The notes: generated by a model from the sequence alone, not told the origin. A DNA stretch of 64,000 nucleotides from an uncultured delta proteobacterium (GCA_963785725.1 CAWAWS010000024.1:1-64000); one strand, 5' to 3'. Numbered from the stretch's first letter, positions 20,430 through 30,700 are shown. Numbers and translations: made by a program.

Positions 20430-20846
20430 ATGTTGGTACGCGACATCGGGGCTCTGTTGCGCGAGCGAGGCATCCCGCCGACCGCTCAGCGCCTGGCCGT
20501 GGCCGAGTACGTGCTGGCGACCGAGGAGCACCCGTCCGCCGACGAAGTGCTGGCTCGTGTGCGCGCGCGGCTGCCGGTCTTGTCGCGCGCGACGGTCTAC
20601 AACACGCTGCATCTGCTGGTCGACAAAGGCCTCCTCCAGGAGCTGACCTTGGCCCCCGGCCGCAGCGTCTACGACTGCAACATCGATCCGCATCATCACT
20701 TCATCGATGATCAGACCGGTCTCGTGCATGACGTTCCGTGGGACGCGCTGCGCGTCTCCAAGCTCGATTCGCTCACGGGCTACGACGTCCGCGAATACAC
20801 GGTCGTCATGCGCGGCACCAAACGGCGTAATCGCGCGCGCCACTGA
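20430..20846 (+). CDS. Fur-family transcriptional regulator (Irr/PerR-like, no CxxC)
   Basis: TAQRLAV, HPSADEV, SRATVYNTL, HHHF. Confidence 0.92.
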   Translation: MLVRDIGALLRERGIPPTAQRLAVAEYVLATEEHPSADEVLARVRARLPVLSRATVYNTLHLLVDKGLLQELTLAPGRSVYDCNIDPHHHFIDDQTGLVHDVPWDALRVSKLDSLTGYDVREYTVVMRGTKRRNRARH

Positions 20847-20867
20847 AACGAATTTTTTTGCCCGGCA

Positions 20868-20901
20868 TCTAGACACTGTCTAATTCGAGACCGATTCTAA
20901 C
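20868..20901 (+). promoter_or_regulatory. Two tandem operator copies upstream of ahpC
   Basis: TCTAGAC-ACT-GTCTAAT (20868-20884) and TCGAGAC-CGA-TTCTAAC (20885-20901), similar to the 20410 box. Confidence 0.7.
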
Positions 20902-20919
20902 AATGAGGAGATCTGAATC

Positions 20920-21456
20920 ATGCTGACCGTTGGAGACAAGCTTCCTGCATTCGACCTCGAGAGCGTGGTGGCCATCGAGCAGGGCAAAGAGTTCAAGCGC
21001 CTGAACCAGGGCTCGTTCCCGAACAAGTGGCTCGTCCTCTTTGCCTGGCCGATGGACTTTACGTTCGTATGCCCGACCGAGATCGCCGAGTTCGGCCGCC
21101 GCAACGGCGACTTCGCCGACCGCGACGCGCAAGTGCTGGGCATGTCGACCGACTCGCACTTCGTCCACTTGGCCTGGCGCCGCGATCACGCCGACCTCAA
21201 GTCGCTGCCGTTCCCGATGCTCGCCGACATCAAGCGCGAGCTGTCGCAGACGCTCGGCATCCTGCACAAGGACGGCGTCTGCTTGCGCGCGACGTTCATC
21301 GTCGATCCCGAGGGCGTCATCCGCTTCGCCAGCGTCCACGATCTGTCGGTCGGCCGTAACGTCGACGAGGTCCTGCGCACGCTCGACGCCTTGCAGACCG
21401 ACGAGCTCTGCCCGTGCAACTGGAAGAAGGGCGACAAGACGCTGGAGGCGGCGTAG
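20920..21456 (+). CDS. ahpC: Typical 2-Cys peroxiredoxin
   Basis: WPMDFTFVCPTE, GRNVDEVLR, LCPCNW; GAGGAG RBS. Confidence 0.96.
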   Translation: MLTVGDKLPAFDLESVVAIEQGKEFKRLNQGSFPNKWLVLFAWPMDFTFVCPTEIAEFGRRNGDFADRDAQVLGMSTDSHFVHLAWRRDHADLKSLPFPMLADIKRELSQTLGILHKDGVCLRATFIVDPEGVIRFASVHDLSVGRNVDEVLRTLDALQTDELCPCNWKKGDKTLEAA

Positions 21457-21998
21457 TGGAGACGACCGGCGCAGCGTCCTCGATCGAGGCGCTGCGCGCG
21501 CTCATCCCCGATGCGGCGCGTGACATCAAGCTCAACCTGCAGTCGGTGATGCAGACGAGCGTCCTGTCGCCGGCGCAGCGCTGGGGTGTGGCGTTGGCTT
21601 CGGCGATCGCGGCGCGCAATCCGCGACTGTTGGAAGCGGTGTTGGCCGAGGCGCGGACGCAAGTGGATGCGACCGTCATCGAGGACTCGAAAGCAGCCGC
21701 GGCGTTGATGGCGATGAACAACGTCTATTACCGGTTCCGCCACGTCATCGGCAAGGAGTCGTACGGGCAAAAGCCGGCGCGGCTGCGGATGAATCGGCTC
21801 GGCCAGCCGGCGTCGAACAAGGTCGACTTCGAGCTGTTCGCGCTGGCGGTGAGCGCCATCAACGGCTGCGAAATGTGCGTGCGAGCGCATGAGAAGGTCG
21901 TGACCGAGGGCGGGCTGACCGAAGATCACGTGCACGACGCCGTCCGCATCGCGGCCACGATTCAGGCGACGGCCGTCGCGCTCGAAATCCCGGCGTAG
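21456..21998 (+). CDS. ahpD: Alkyl hydroperoxide reductase AhpD
   Basis: ARDIKLNL, MAMNNVYYR, ARLRMN, AVSAINGCEMCVRAHE; start overlaps the ahpC stop. Confidence 0.95.
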   Translation: METTGAASSIEALRALIPDAARDIKLNLQSVMQTSVLSPAQRWGVALASAIAARNPRLLEAVLAEARTQVDATVIEDSKAAAALMAMNNVYYRFRHVIGKESYGQKPARLRMNRLGQPASNKVDFELFALAVSAINGCEMCVRAHEKVVTEGGLTEDHVHDAVRIAATIQATAVALEIPA

Positions 21999-22043
21999 CC
22001 GCGCCGCCGGTTGCAGCCTCGGCCCAAAACCGCGAAGGTTGTT

Positions 22044-22400
22044 CTAAAGCCCGTCTCGATCCCGCGGCGCCGAGCGTTTCCAGCGATACTTCTGCAAGTC
22101 GACGAGTCCATCCGGGGAAAACGTCACGCCCTCGGCTTCGAGCAGCGCGCGCTGGCGACCGGGGACGTCGCCATCGGTGCTCACGCCGCCCTTCGAGTTG
22201 ACGACGCGATGCCAAGGCAAGGAGCCGTCACTCGCACGCAGCGCCCAGCCCACGCCGGCCGGTGACAAGCGACCGTCGATCAGCTCCGAGAGCTGCCCGT
22301 AGGTCGCCACGCGTCCATAAGGAATCTTTGCGACGAGCGCCTGCACGCGAGCGAAGACGGCGCCGCCGCCCGGCGCTTTGCGTCCACCGCGAGCCGCCAT
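22044..22400 (-). CDS. Alkyltransferase-like (ATL, MGMT-family) DNA-binding protein
   Basis: IPYGRVATYGQL and PWHRVVN (Trp in place of the active Cys of PCHR). Confidence 0.88.
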   Translation of the reverse strand: MAARGGRKAPGGGAVFARVQALVAKIPYGRVATYGQLSELIDGRLSPAGVGWALRASDGSLPWHRVVNSKGGVSTDGDVPGRQRALLEAEGVTFSPDGLVDLQKYRWKRSAPRDRDGL

Positions 22401-23713
22401 CAGCGCAGCGAGTCGAGCTTCCGCTGCAGCTGCGCCACCAGCTGCGGCCGGCGCTGCTCGACCGGCAGCGCCGCGGCCGCCGCCAGCGCTTGCGCGAGCG
22501 TCTTCTTCGCGCCGCCGAGATCCCCCTTGTCGCGCTGCAGGTCCGCCTTCAGATCGAACAGCCGCAACGCCCGCGGGCCGTACACCTTCGACAACGCGCG
22601 ATCGATCGCGGCCAGACCATCGTCGTAGCGCTTGGCCGCGCGGTAGATCAGCGCCAACCGCGCCGGCGCGTTGTAGTCGCCCGGGAGATCGCGCTCGCTC
22701 ATCTTGAGCGCCGCTTCGACGCGCATCGGCTCATCCATCGCCAACGCCGCATTGACGCGATGGGGATCGAACACCGCCCGCTGCTCGGCTCCGGGAGCGC
22801 GCGCCGCCTCGCCTTCGAGAAAGATGAGCCATCGCTGCGCCATCGCGCGCTTGCCGCCGGCATCATCCGCGTCCGTGCGCGCTTGCACGAGCTCCTCGTA
22901 CAACCCCGAGCGATCGTCGGCGAGCAGCCCGGGAAGCGCGACCGCCTCTTCGGCCAGTGGCGTCAACGCCGCGCGCGCCGCGGCGCCCTCCTCGCCTTTG
23001 ACGTCGAGCGCGCAGCCGAGGCCGCTCATGACCGCGTTCGCGAACGACGGGCCACGCGCCATCGTCGGCAGCAGCTCCTGCGCCGCCCGGCCGCACCCCG
23101 CTTCATCGTGTGCGAAGGACAGCGCGCCAATGAGGGCTTCGATCACGTGCGGCTTCTCGCTCGCCGGCAGCAAAGGCAGTGCCGATCGGTACGCGACCGC
23201 GGCGTCAGCCCACTTTCGCTCGCCCGCCAAACGATCGGCGCGGGCGCGCTCGCGGGCGCCGCCATCGCCGCCGCCGCGCGCCGCGCGCTCGCTATCATCG
23301 AGCAGCTTGACCAGCTGAGCGGCGTTGGCGCTCGAAGGCCAACGCAAGACCGCCGCCTCGCGCTTCGGATCGATCACGAGCAACGTCGGATAGACATCGA
23401 TCGGATACTTGCCCAAGAAGGCGGCGTTCTGTTCCTTCTCGGTGTCGATGCTCAACCAGACGAAGCGATTGGCCTCTTTGGACAATATCGGATCGCTGAA
23501 GACGTAAGCGCGCATGAAGCGGCAGGTGTGGCACCAAGTGGCCCAGCTATCGACGAAGAGCGGAACCTTGCGCTCGCGTGCCTCGGCCAGCGCGCGCGGA
23601 TAGTCGTCTTCGATGAAGGGCAGCGCTTCGTGCGCAGGAGTCGTCGGCGCGCGATCCGCGGCCGCGACGATTCGCGGCAAACCGAGCAGCAACAGCGCCA
23701 GGGCGATACGCAT
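22400..23713 (-). CDS. Exported thioredoxin-fold protein with TPR-like helical C-terminus
   Basis: Signal peptide, WATWCHTC, YPT cis-Pro loop, helical repeats. Confidence 0.85.
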   Translation of the reverse strand: MRIALALLLLGLPRIVAAADRAPTTPAHEALPFIEDDYPRALAEARERKVPLFVDSWATWCHTCRFMRAYVFSDPILSKEANRFVWLSIDTEKEQNAAFLGKYPIDVYPTLLVIDPKREAAVLRWPSSANAAQLVKLLDDSERAARGGGDGGARERARADRLAGERKWADAAVAYRSALPLLPASEKPHVIEALIGALSFAHDEAGCGRAAQELLPTMARGPSFANAVMSGLGCALDVKGEEGAAARAALTPLAEEAVALPGLLADDRSGLYEELVQARTDADDAGGKRAMAQRWLIFLEGEAARAPGAEQRAVFDPHRVNAALAMDEPMRVEAALKMSERDLPGDYNAPARLALIYRAAKRYDDGLAAIDRALSKVYGPRALRLFDLKADLQRDKGDLGGAKKTLAQALAAAAALPVEQRRPQLVAQLQRKLDSLR

Positions 23714-23748
23714 GCGCCGAGCATAACTCGTGACACAATGCTGTCGAG

Positions 23749-24834
23749 ATGAATCGCAAACGACTACGCGACCGATTCCGCGTCATTGCCGTCGCCATGG
23801 TCACGGTGATGCAGCTGCCGGCGGTCGCTTGGCTGTGCGTCCAGGCGGGCTCGCTGTGGCCGATCGCGCTCGCCGTCGCGCTGTCCTATCCTTATTTGCG
23901 GCGCTTGCGGACGCCTTGGAACACCGAAGATCGATCGTTGTCGATGTTCGTCGCGCTCGGCTGGTGGTCGGCGTGCTTCGTCTTCGCGCTGCTGCTGCCG
24001 CTGGCGTGGCTGGCGACGAAGGTCGGCGCCCCGGCCGGCGTCACGTACGGCGGCGCGGGAATCGTCGCGCTGTGGGGCGGAATCGACGCCGTGCAGCGCC
24101 GTCCGCGACTACGCCGTCGTGACATCCGAATCGACGGCTTGCCCGCCGCCCTCGACGGCTACCGCATCGGTCAGCTGTCCGACGTCCACTGCGGACCGCA
24201 CACGCCCGAGGCGCGCGTCGCGGAATGGGTCGCGCGGTTGAACGCCCTCGATCTCGACCTGATGACGGTCACCGGCGACCTCATCACCCACGGCGATAGT
24301 CACGTCGCCGCCGTCGCGCGGGCGCTCGGCGGACTGCGTGCGCGCGATGGCGTCTTCGCCTGCATGGGCAATCACGACTATTTCACCGACGGCGAGAGCT
24401 TCGTGTCCGAGCTGTCGCGCGTCGGGCTCGTCGTGCTGCGCAATCGCGGCGTCGTCATCGAACGCGGCACGGCGCAGCTGTACGTGGCGGGCGTCGACGA
24501 CACGTGGACCGAACGTCACGACGTCGTCCAGGCGCTGGCGGCGCGACCCGATGGAATGCCGACGTTGCTGCTCGCGCACGATCCCAACCTGTTCGCGCAA
24601 GCGAGCGAACATGCGGTCGATCTCATGCTGTCGGGCCACACCCACGGCGGTCAGCTCGCCATTCCCGGCGTCCGGCGACTCTCGCTCGCGCGCCTCATCA
24701 CCCAGTTCACGGCCGGCATTTACCGCCGCGGACGCTCTTGGCTTTACGTCAATCGGGGAGCCGGCACGACGGGCCCGCCCGTGCGACTCGGCGCGCCTGC
24801 CGAGCTCGCCGTTCTCACACTTCGCAGCGCCTGA
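23749..24834 (+). CDS. Membrane-anchored metallophosphoesterase
   Basis: SDVH, TGD, GNHD, AH, SGHTHGGQ; N-terminal TM segments. Confidence 0.92.
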   Translation: MNRKRLRDRFRVIAVAMVTVMQLPAVAWLCVQAGSLWPIALAVALSYPYLRRLRTPWNTEDRSLSMFVALGWWSACFVFALLLPLAWLATKVGAPAGVTYGGAGIVALWGGIDAVQRRPRLRRRDIRIDGLPAALDGYRIGQLSDVHCGPHTPEARVAEWVARLNALDLDLMTVTGDLITHGDSHVAAVARALGGLRARDGVFACMGNHDYFTDGESFVSELSRVGLVVLRNRGVVIERGTAQLYVAGVDDTWTERHDVVQALAARPDGMPTLLLAHDPNLFAQASEHAVDLMLSGHTHGGQLAIPGVRRLSLARLITQFTAGIYRRGRSWLYVNRGAGTTGPPVRLGAPAELAVLTLRSA

Positions 24835-24960
24835 TCTCGGATCCCTCCGCCGCTCCTGTCATTTAGCAGTGCAGCGCGCCCCGACCGCTCAGGTCCACGA
24901 CTGCGCTTGCTTGTTCATCGACGAGCCGCATCATCCTCCCAATCGACCAGGAGATGACGA

Positions 24961-25449
24961 ATGCGCCGATTCTTTGCCGTCGTCGGGGCCGGGCTCGCCG
25001 GTGCGGCGTCGCTCTCGATCCTCAATGAAATCAGCCGCCGCCTCGATCCGAGGGCACCTCGGCTCGAGCTCATCGGCGAACGCGCGCTCGCCGCCGGGCT
25101 ACGCCGCGCGGGTGCTCGCCGTCCACGACCGACGAAGCTGCGGCGGCTCGGCATCTTGAGCGATCTCGTCGCCAACTCGATCGTTTATGGCGCGCTCTTC
25201 GCCGGTCGACCGCGCCCGTGGCGACGCGGCACGCTCGGCGGCCTCGTCGCCGGCATCGCGGCGCTCGCGACCGCTCCTGCGCTCGGCATCGACCGTCGAC
25301 TGCGCGCAGCGCCCGCCGCGACGCAGCTCGCGCTCGCACGCTACCTCGGCGCCGGCCTGGCGGCGTCCGCGCTGTATGCCGGGCTCATGGCGGAGCGACG
25401 ACCGATGCATACGCAGTCGCTGCCGATCTCGCGCGCCGCGCTGCAATGA
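24961..25449 (+). CDS. Hypothetical membrane protein
   Basis: AGGAG RBS; several hydrophobic segments. Confidence 0.65.
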   Translation: MRRFFAVVGAGLAGAASLSILNEISRRLDPRAPRLELIGERALAAGLRRAGARRPRPTKLRRLGILSDLVANSIVYGALFAGRPRPWRRGTLGGLVAGIAALATAPALGIDRRLRAAPAATQLALARYLGAGLAASALYAGLMAERRPMHTQSLPISRAALQ

Positions 25450-25496
25450 GCGCGATTCGCGACCGGACGTGACGGCTGCAAGTGACAGATGCCGGC

Positions 25497-25512
25497 TGGA
25501 ACGGCGACTGCA
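25497..25512 (+). promoter_or_regulatory. Possible sigma-54 promoter
   Basis: TGGAACGGCGACTGCA, GG-N10-GC, about 60 nt upstream of the 25573 ATG. Confidence 0.4.
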
Positions 25513-25572
25513 AAGATCAACCGCGAAGCGAAGCAGGCAAAGACCACTCGGCAAACAAAGGAGGAGAATCCA

Positions 25573-25971
25573 ATGAACCGCAGGCTCGGAAATTTCGTTA
25601 GGGCGTCGTTATTCGCACTTCCGTTTGCGCTGCCCGCCGTGGCATCCGCGCAGTCGGCCGGCGGTAGCAGCTCGGGGACGATCGGAGCGACGGATAACAC
25701 ATCGGCTCGGCAGAGCGCCACGACCACGACGACGACGCAGACTGACACCTTCGATGACGGCAAGCCCACGGGCAGCGACGCGCGTACCGGCAATCTGGGA
25801 ATCGATCGCGAAGGCAACAGCACCCGTGACAGCGATCCCGTTCGGAGCAGCGATACGACCGGCGACGTCGACCAGCACATGACGAAACAAAAGGCGACGC
25901 AAGACACGACGACGACGCATGACAGCACGTCGAGCACGACCACTCCCGACAAAGACCACGACGCACCCTGA
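25573..25971 (+). CDS. Secreted Thr/Asp-rich low-complexity protein
   Basis: GGAGGAG RBS; signal peptide ending ASA; disordered T/D/S-rich body. Confidence 0.75.
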   Translation: MNRRLGNFVRASLFALPFALPAVASAQSAGGSSSGTIGATDNTSARQSATTTTTTQTDTFDDGKPTGSDARTGNLGIDREGNSTRDSDPVRSSDTTGDVDQHMTKQKATQDTTTTHDSTSSTTTPDKDHDAP

Positions 25972-25994
25972 TCTCGACAGCCTACGCGGGTAGG

Positions 25995-26462
25995 CTAAGT
26001 CGCGATCGCGCCGACGATCGCGGTCGTCGCACGAAGATAGTCCGTCGGGGCGATCATAATCTGCGTGCCGCGAACACCGGCCGAAATCGACACGACATCG
26101 AAGAGCTCGACGGTCTCGTCGACGTAGACGGGATAGTCCTTCTTGCACGCGAGCGCCGTCACGCCGCCGCGAACATAGCCCGTCAGCGGCTGCACCTCTT
26201 TGAGCGCGACGGTGTCGACCTTGCGATCGCCCGTCAGACGCGCCAACGCCTTCAGGTCGAGCTGCGTGTCTCCCGGAACGACCGCCAGGCAAACACCCTT
26301 GCGATCTCCGCGCGCGACCAATGTCTTGAACACCTGAGCGGAAGGCAGGCCAATCTTTTCGGCCACGCGTTCAGCCGTCAGATCATTCGGGTCTACTTCG
26401 TAGGTCCGGAGCTCGTAAGCGATGCCGAGCGAATCCAAGATGCGTGCTGCGTTCGTCTTCAT
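25995..26462 (-). CDS. ybaK: Cys-tRNA(Pro) deacylase
   Basis: KTNAARIL, QVFKTLV, LDLKALA, TGYVRGG, SAGVRG. Confidence 0.92.
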   Translation of the reverse strand: MKTNAARILDSLGIAYELRTYEVDPNDLTAERVAEKIGLPSAQVFKTLVARGDRKGVCLAVVPGDTQLDLKALARLTGDRKVDTVALKEVQPLTGYVRGGVTALACKKDYPVYVDETVELFDVVSISAGVRGTQIMIAPTDYLRATTAIVGAIAT

Positions 26463-26699
26463 GAGCCTCGAGCCTCATCGCGTTTCAGAAATCCTTGGAG
26501 CCCGAATGTCGCCGCCACGTCACGTCTGCCGTCACACGATTTCGCGAGCGCATACGGATAGATCCTCGAAACCGTAGCGTAGCGCTCGTGCGCGCACAAT
26601 CCTTGTGCTGACAACGGATCCAGCGTCAGCTGAAATGCCGCGTCGAGCGCGCCGAGAGCGGCGGCGTAGGTTTCCTGCAATCGAGGAATTGAGCGATCC

Positions 26700-27704
26700 A
26701 TGACCACGACTTCGAACGGAACGACGGCTATCGTGCTCGCCGGCGGCGTCGCCAAAGGGGCCTTCGAAGCGGGCGCCATTCAGGTGCTGGTCGAGCACGG
26801 CGTCAAGCTGGCACAGGTCGTCGGCACGAGCTCGGGCGCGCTCAATGCGATCCTGCTTGCCGCCGCCATTCGCGCCAACCGCGAACGCGAGGCCATGCCG
26901 GATCTGCTCAACTTGTGGCGTGACGAGGCGAGCTGGATGCACGTCTTTCACTTCACGGTTCGCGACGCGCTGCGCCGGCGGGCGCTCTCCGACTCGACGA
27001 AGCTGCTGCACTTGATGCGGACCGAAATCCCCAAAGTCGCCACGGCAGCCGTGAATCCGGTGCGTTTGCACCTCGTCGTCTCCGCCATTGACGGCGTCGT
27101 CGGCCAACTGGGCTCGGAGCGCGCCACCACCTTCGAGGGCGTGTGCTCGTTCGAAGGCGAGGACTTCGATGACGACGCCGGACGCGAGCGCGTCTACGCC
27201 GCAGCCGCTGCGTCGGCGGCCTTTCCGGTCGTCTTTCGGCCGGTGCAAGTCGCGGGCATCGGGCCCTGCTACGACGGCGCGATCGTCAACGACACGCCGT
27301 TGAAGCTGGCGATCGACGGCGGCGCCGATCGCGTCATCGTCATCGCGCCCTATCCCGCGGAGTTCAAGCCGCGGCCGACGGCGGGTGGCATCGAGATGCT
27401 CACCCACCTCGTCGACATGTTGACGCACGAACGACTGTTTCGCGATCTGCTGCAAGCGCAGAAGACGAATGACTCGATCGAGCGGTTGCGCGCGCTCGTG
27501 CTTCGCGGCGAGCTGACGGGACAGCAGCTCGACGTGATCTTGCGTCAGCTGGACATTAGACCGATCGAGGTCATCACGATCCGGCCGCCGGGCGAGCTGG
27601 AGGGAAACGCGTTCGCCGGTTTCGCCGAGCGGCGGCTTCGCGAAGCTTACCTCGTTGCCGGGCAGACGGCGGCGCGCCTGGCGCTTCCTTCGCTGCGGCG
27701 CTGA
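26700..27704 (+). CDS. Patatin-like phospholipase
   Basis: LAGGVAKGAFEAG, GTSSG, SAAFP, DGA. Confidence 0.9.
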   Translation: MTTTSNGTTAIVLAGGVAKGAFEAGAIQVLVEHGVKLAQVVGTSSGALNAILLAAAIRANREREAMPDLLNLWRDEASWMHVFHFTVRDALRRRALSDSTKLLHLMRTEIPKVATAAVNPVRLHLVVSAIDGVVGQLGSERATTFEGVCSFEGEDFDDDAGRERVYAAAAASAAFPVVFRPVQVAGIGPCYDGAIVNDTPLKLAIDGGADRVIVIAPYPAEFKPRPTAGGIEMLTHLVDMLTHERLFRDLLQAQKTNDSIERLRALVLRGELTGQQLDVILRQLDIRPIEVITIRPPGELEGNAFAGFAERRLREAYLVAGQTAARLALPSLRR

Positions 27705-27847
27705 TTCGTTCACGCGCAGTCTTCCGCGCACTGCGCTTCGTCATCCGTCGCCGTTGCGATCGCCGATTGCGCGCTCTTCCGCATCGTTCTGCCGCCCTCG
27801 TTGCGATCTACTGTGATCGGCCTAAGATCAAAAAGTAACGGCAAGAG

Positions 27848-28174
27848 ATGGAGGCGAAGATGAGCGAACGAAACAAGATCGTGCGCCAGCGCAGTCGCCG
27901 TCCGGACGACGCCGACGCCTTCCTGCCGGACCCAGACGGTGGCCCGGCGCGTATCAAAGACGATCTCGCGCAAGAGCTCGCCGAGGAATTCTTGATGGCG
28001 GCGACCTCCGGCGAGTACGTCAGCGAAGACGAAATGGACCAAGAAGTGCCTGAAGAGAGCGGCGGACCGTTTGTCATCAGCTCGAGCCGCGCCGAGTTCG
28101 CCAGCGGCACCGACGACTCCAACCCCGTCGACGCGAAGCGCGAGGCCGTGCCCTCGCCGATGCGCGGACGCTGA
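27848..28174 (+). CDS. Small acidic hypothetical protein; start may be 27860
   Basis: GGAGG before ATG 27860; E/D-rich, coding-like codons. Confidence 0.7.
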   Translation: MEAKMSERNKIVRQRSRRPDDADAFLPDPDGGPARIKDDLAQELAEEFLMAATSGEYVSEDEMDQEVPEESGGPFVISSSRAEFASGTDDSNPVDAKREAVPSPMRGR

Positions 28175-28230
28175 CGACACATCGAACGCGACATCGAGGC
28201 TGCAAAGCGAGCGTTACGGAATGTGCGGAA

Positions 28231-29505
28231 TTACGGGCAATACGTGAGGCAGGCGCTGCTCGTCGAATCGCACTGACCGGATAAGCACTGGTCGACGGCC
28301 GAATCGCTCGTATTGCAGGCGTTGCCATAAGGGACTTCGGCGGCGCACACGCTGCTGGCGTTGCAGTACAGGCCGACGTGGCAGTCGTTCGACGTCTGGC
28401 ACGAATAGCCGGCGGTGCCGATGGCCGTGCACTTCTTGCTGCCGGCGTCGCACGTGGCGTCGAAGGTGCAGCCGGTCTCGGTCGCCGTCGGATCGCACGT
28501 CTTGGTGATGTCGAGCCAGCTGGCGCAGGTGCCCGACTTGCCGACGGTCGTGCCGTCCGAGACGGTCAGGCCGATGCAGTCGAGCGACGGCCCGCACGCG
28601 TCGGAGTCGGTGCAGCTCGCGCCCGACTGCAACAGCGCCGTGCACTTGGCCGTGCCCGTGCTGACGCTGCAGTAGAGCCCGACGTCGCAGTCGGTGCTGG
28701 CGGCGCAGCTGCCGCCGCTCTTGACGACCGCGCCGCAGGTGCCGCCGGTGCCGTCGTCCGCTTCGCCTTTGCACACGAGACCGGGCTGGCACGGCTGCGC
28801 CGCGCCGCAGGGCAAGCCGCTCGTGCCTTTGGCGACGCACACGGCGGTGTCGGAAGCGCAGTAGCTGTTGTTGTCGCAGACGGCGCTGGCGCAGGAGAAG
28901 CCGGCGGTCGCAAACGCCTTGCACGTGCCGGCGCAGCCGTCGCCCGGCACCAAGCAGAAGCCGTTGGTGCACTCGAAGCTGCCGCGGCAGCCGACGCCGT
29001 TGGCGACCGTGCCTTTGATTACGCCGCTGCACGCGTTCTGGATGGCGTTGCCGTCGGCGAGCCCGCAGCCGCCGGCGGCGATGGCGGCCAAGCAGGCCTG
29101 GGTCACGGTCGTGTCGAGCGTGGCGCGATTGGCGGCGATGCCGTCGTCGGGCGTATACGGCGGCGGCGACGTGATCGACAGCGTCTGCTCGGCCTGGCAG
29201 CTGGCGTCCTCCGACGTCGCCACGAAGCCGCAGCGCTCGAAGTGTTTGCACAGCGCGGTCGCGTACTGCGCCGTGAACGTCGCGAAGGGCCCGGTCTCGG
29301 GAGCGCCTGACGGCGGCAACGGTCCGCCGGTGCCGTTGCTGAACAGATCGGCGCCGGCCAAGTCGGTGCTGAGGCCGACGTGCGTGCCCATGTCGTCGGC
29401 GCCGATGATGCCGGAGTCGACGTTGCTGATCTTGACGTTGTTGCTGCAGCCGCTCCAGCTGGCCAAGGCGAATAGGACTAAGCAGTGACACCAAGCTCGG
29501 CTCAT
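28231..29505 (-). CDS. Cys-rich repeat lipoprotein (myxobacterial type)
   Basis: LASWSGC lipobox; repeated G.SC....DC..GL.C modules. Confidence 0.85.
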   Translation of the reverse strand: MSRAWCHCLVLFALASWSGCSNNVKISNVDSGIIGADDMGTHVGLSTDLAGADLFSNGTGGPLPPSGAPETGPFATFTAQYATALCKHFERCGFVATSEDASCQAEQTLSITSPPPYTPDDGIAANRATLDTTVTQACLAAIAAGGCGLADGNAIQNACSGVIKGTVANGVGCRGSFECTNGFCLVPGDGCAGTCKAFATAGFSCASAVCDNNSYCASDTAVCVAKGTSGLPCGAAQPCQPGLVCKGEADDGTGGTCGAVVKSGGSCAASTDCDVGLYCSVSTGTAKCTALLQSGASCTDSDACGPSLDCIGLTVSDGTTVGKSGTCASWLDITKTCDPTATETGCTFDATCDAGSKKCTAIGTAGYSCQTSNDCHVGLYCNASSVCAAEVPYGNACNTSDSAVDQCLSGQCDSTSSACLTYCP

Positions 29506-29535
29506 CGATCGGTTCCCCTTTTTGGGCCCCGCTAT

Positions 29536-29551
29536 CGCAACGGCCATGCCA
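29536..29551 (-). promoter_or_regulatory. Putative sigma-54 promoter
   Basis: Minus strand TGGCATGGCCGTTGCG, GG-N10-GC, about 30 nt upstream of ATG 29505. Confidence 0.7.
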
Positions 29552-30150
29552 GCGTCGGCCGACGGCCAGGACGCGGCCGCGGCGCGCCGAGCCACCGCGC
29601 CGATCGCCAAGCGCGACGCTCGTTTACGCCGGCCGGCCGGCGTCGCCGGCGACGCAGCCGCGACCGCCTTATCCGACACGAACGCGCCCTGAACCCGACG
29701 CCGATGCTGCGTTTCGAGTGGGGCCCCAACTCCCGCGCCTGTGGCTGCCAGACTCACGCCGCGTAACATCTAAGCCGACGTACTCAGCCACGTTTTACAT
29801 CCCGATGGTTGCTTTACCGAGACGTCTCATTCGGTGCAGCTCCTGCAAAGAAACAGCGCGCCGCCCGAGCTGGCGCGGCGCGCCCGGTGGTCAGGCTCGT
29901 TCGGTCGACTCGATCAACTCAACCGAGAACCTGCAACTGCTCGCGCACGCCAGCTGCGTCTTGCGCTGCTCCCGCAAGAGCTCAGCAACTCGCCCGGCCC
30001 GTCCGATCTGACAGAGGCAACTCCAATGCGGCGAAGGAGCATCGCGAGCCGAGCGCGAGCTGGCGTGGCCGCTGTCGGTCGCGCCAAACGACATCAGACG
30101 CTGAGCAGAACGCTGTGTTGTTTGATATCAACATTGCCTTGGAAGCACAC

Positions 30151-30588
30151 ATGCGCAGCATCGTTGTGATCAGCTTGGCTCTTGCCGGATGCGGCTCGGA
30201 CACGACTGTCGCAGACCGATCGGATCTTGCTCAATCGGACCTCGCTGGGTGCCTCGGCGGTGTTACAGCGCCAACCACGTCCACGTCATGCGGTTCAATG
30301 ACGTGCGCACCGGGCTCGATCTGCGTGGCGCATCAGCCGGGTGTGCCGCCGGCCCGCGACCTGTCGTTTCCCCTCGATGGCGGGCGCGCCGTGGATGGCG
30401 GCTTGCCCGTCTCCGACCCCTACAACCACTCGTGCCTCGCGCTGCCGGCAGCATGCCAAAGCTGTGGCGGATGCGACGCACCGCCGGGCTCGGGTGGCCG
30501 GTACTTCGGCTGCTTCTCGTCGATCTGCGACTCCTACGAGACGGGCTGCAGCTTCGATGGCGCGACGCTCACCTGTATAGGCGTCTGA
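30151..30588 (+). CDS. Small Cys-rich lipoprotein
   Basis: MRSIVVISLALAGC lipobox; many Cys. Confidence 0.75.
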   Translation: MRSIVVISLALAGCGSDTTVADRSDLAQSDLAGCLGGVTAPTTSTSCGSMTCAPGSICVAHQPGVPPARDLSFPLDGGRAVDGGLPVSDPYNHSCLALPAACQSCGGCDAPPGSGGRYFGCFSSICDSYETGCSFDGATLTCIGV

Positions 30589-30700
30589 GGCAGCCGCACG
30601 TCCGTCCCGACGCTGCGCGGACGCTGGCTGCCGTTGCCGTCGGGCCCAACGTGCCCAGGTCACAGCCGCGACGACCGCGAAGCGGTATCTTCGGCTGACC

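Noticed and set aside
26459..26701. 80-aa minus ORF whose stop overlaps the ybaK start
   Set aside because: Its ATG overlaps the divergent patatin ATG, leaving no promoter room. Codon use is atypical and there is no motif; at most a remnant.
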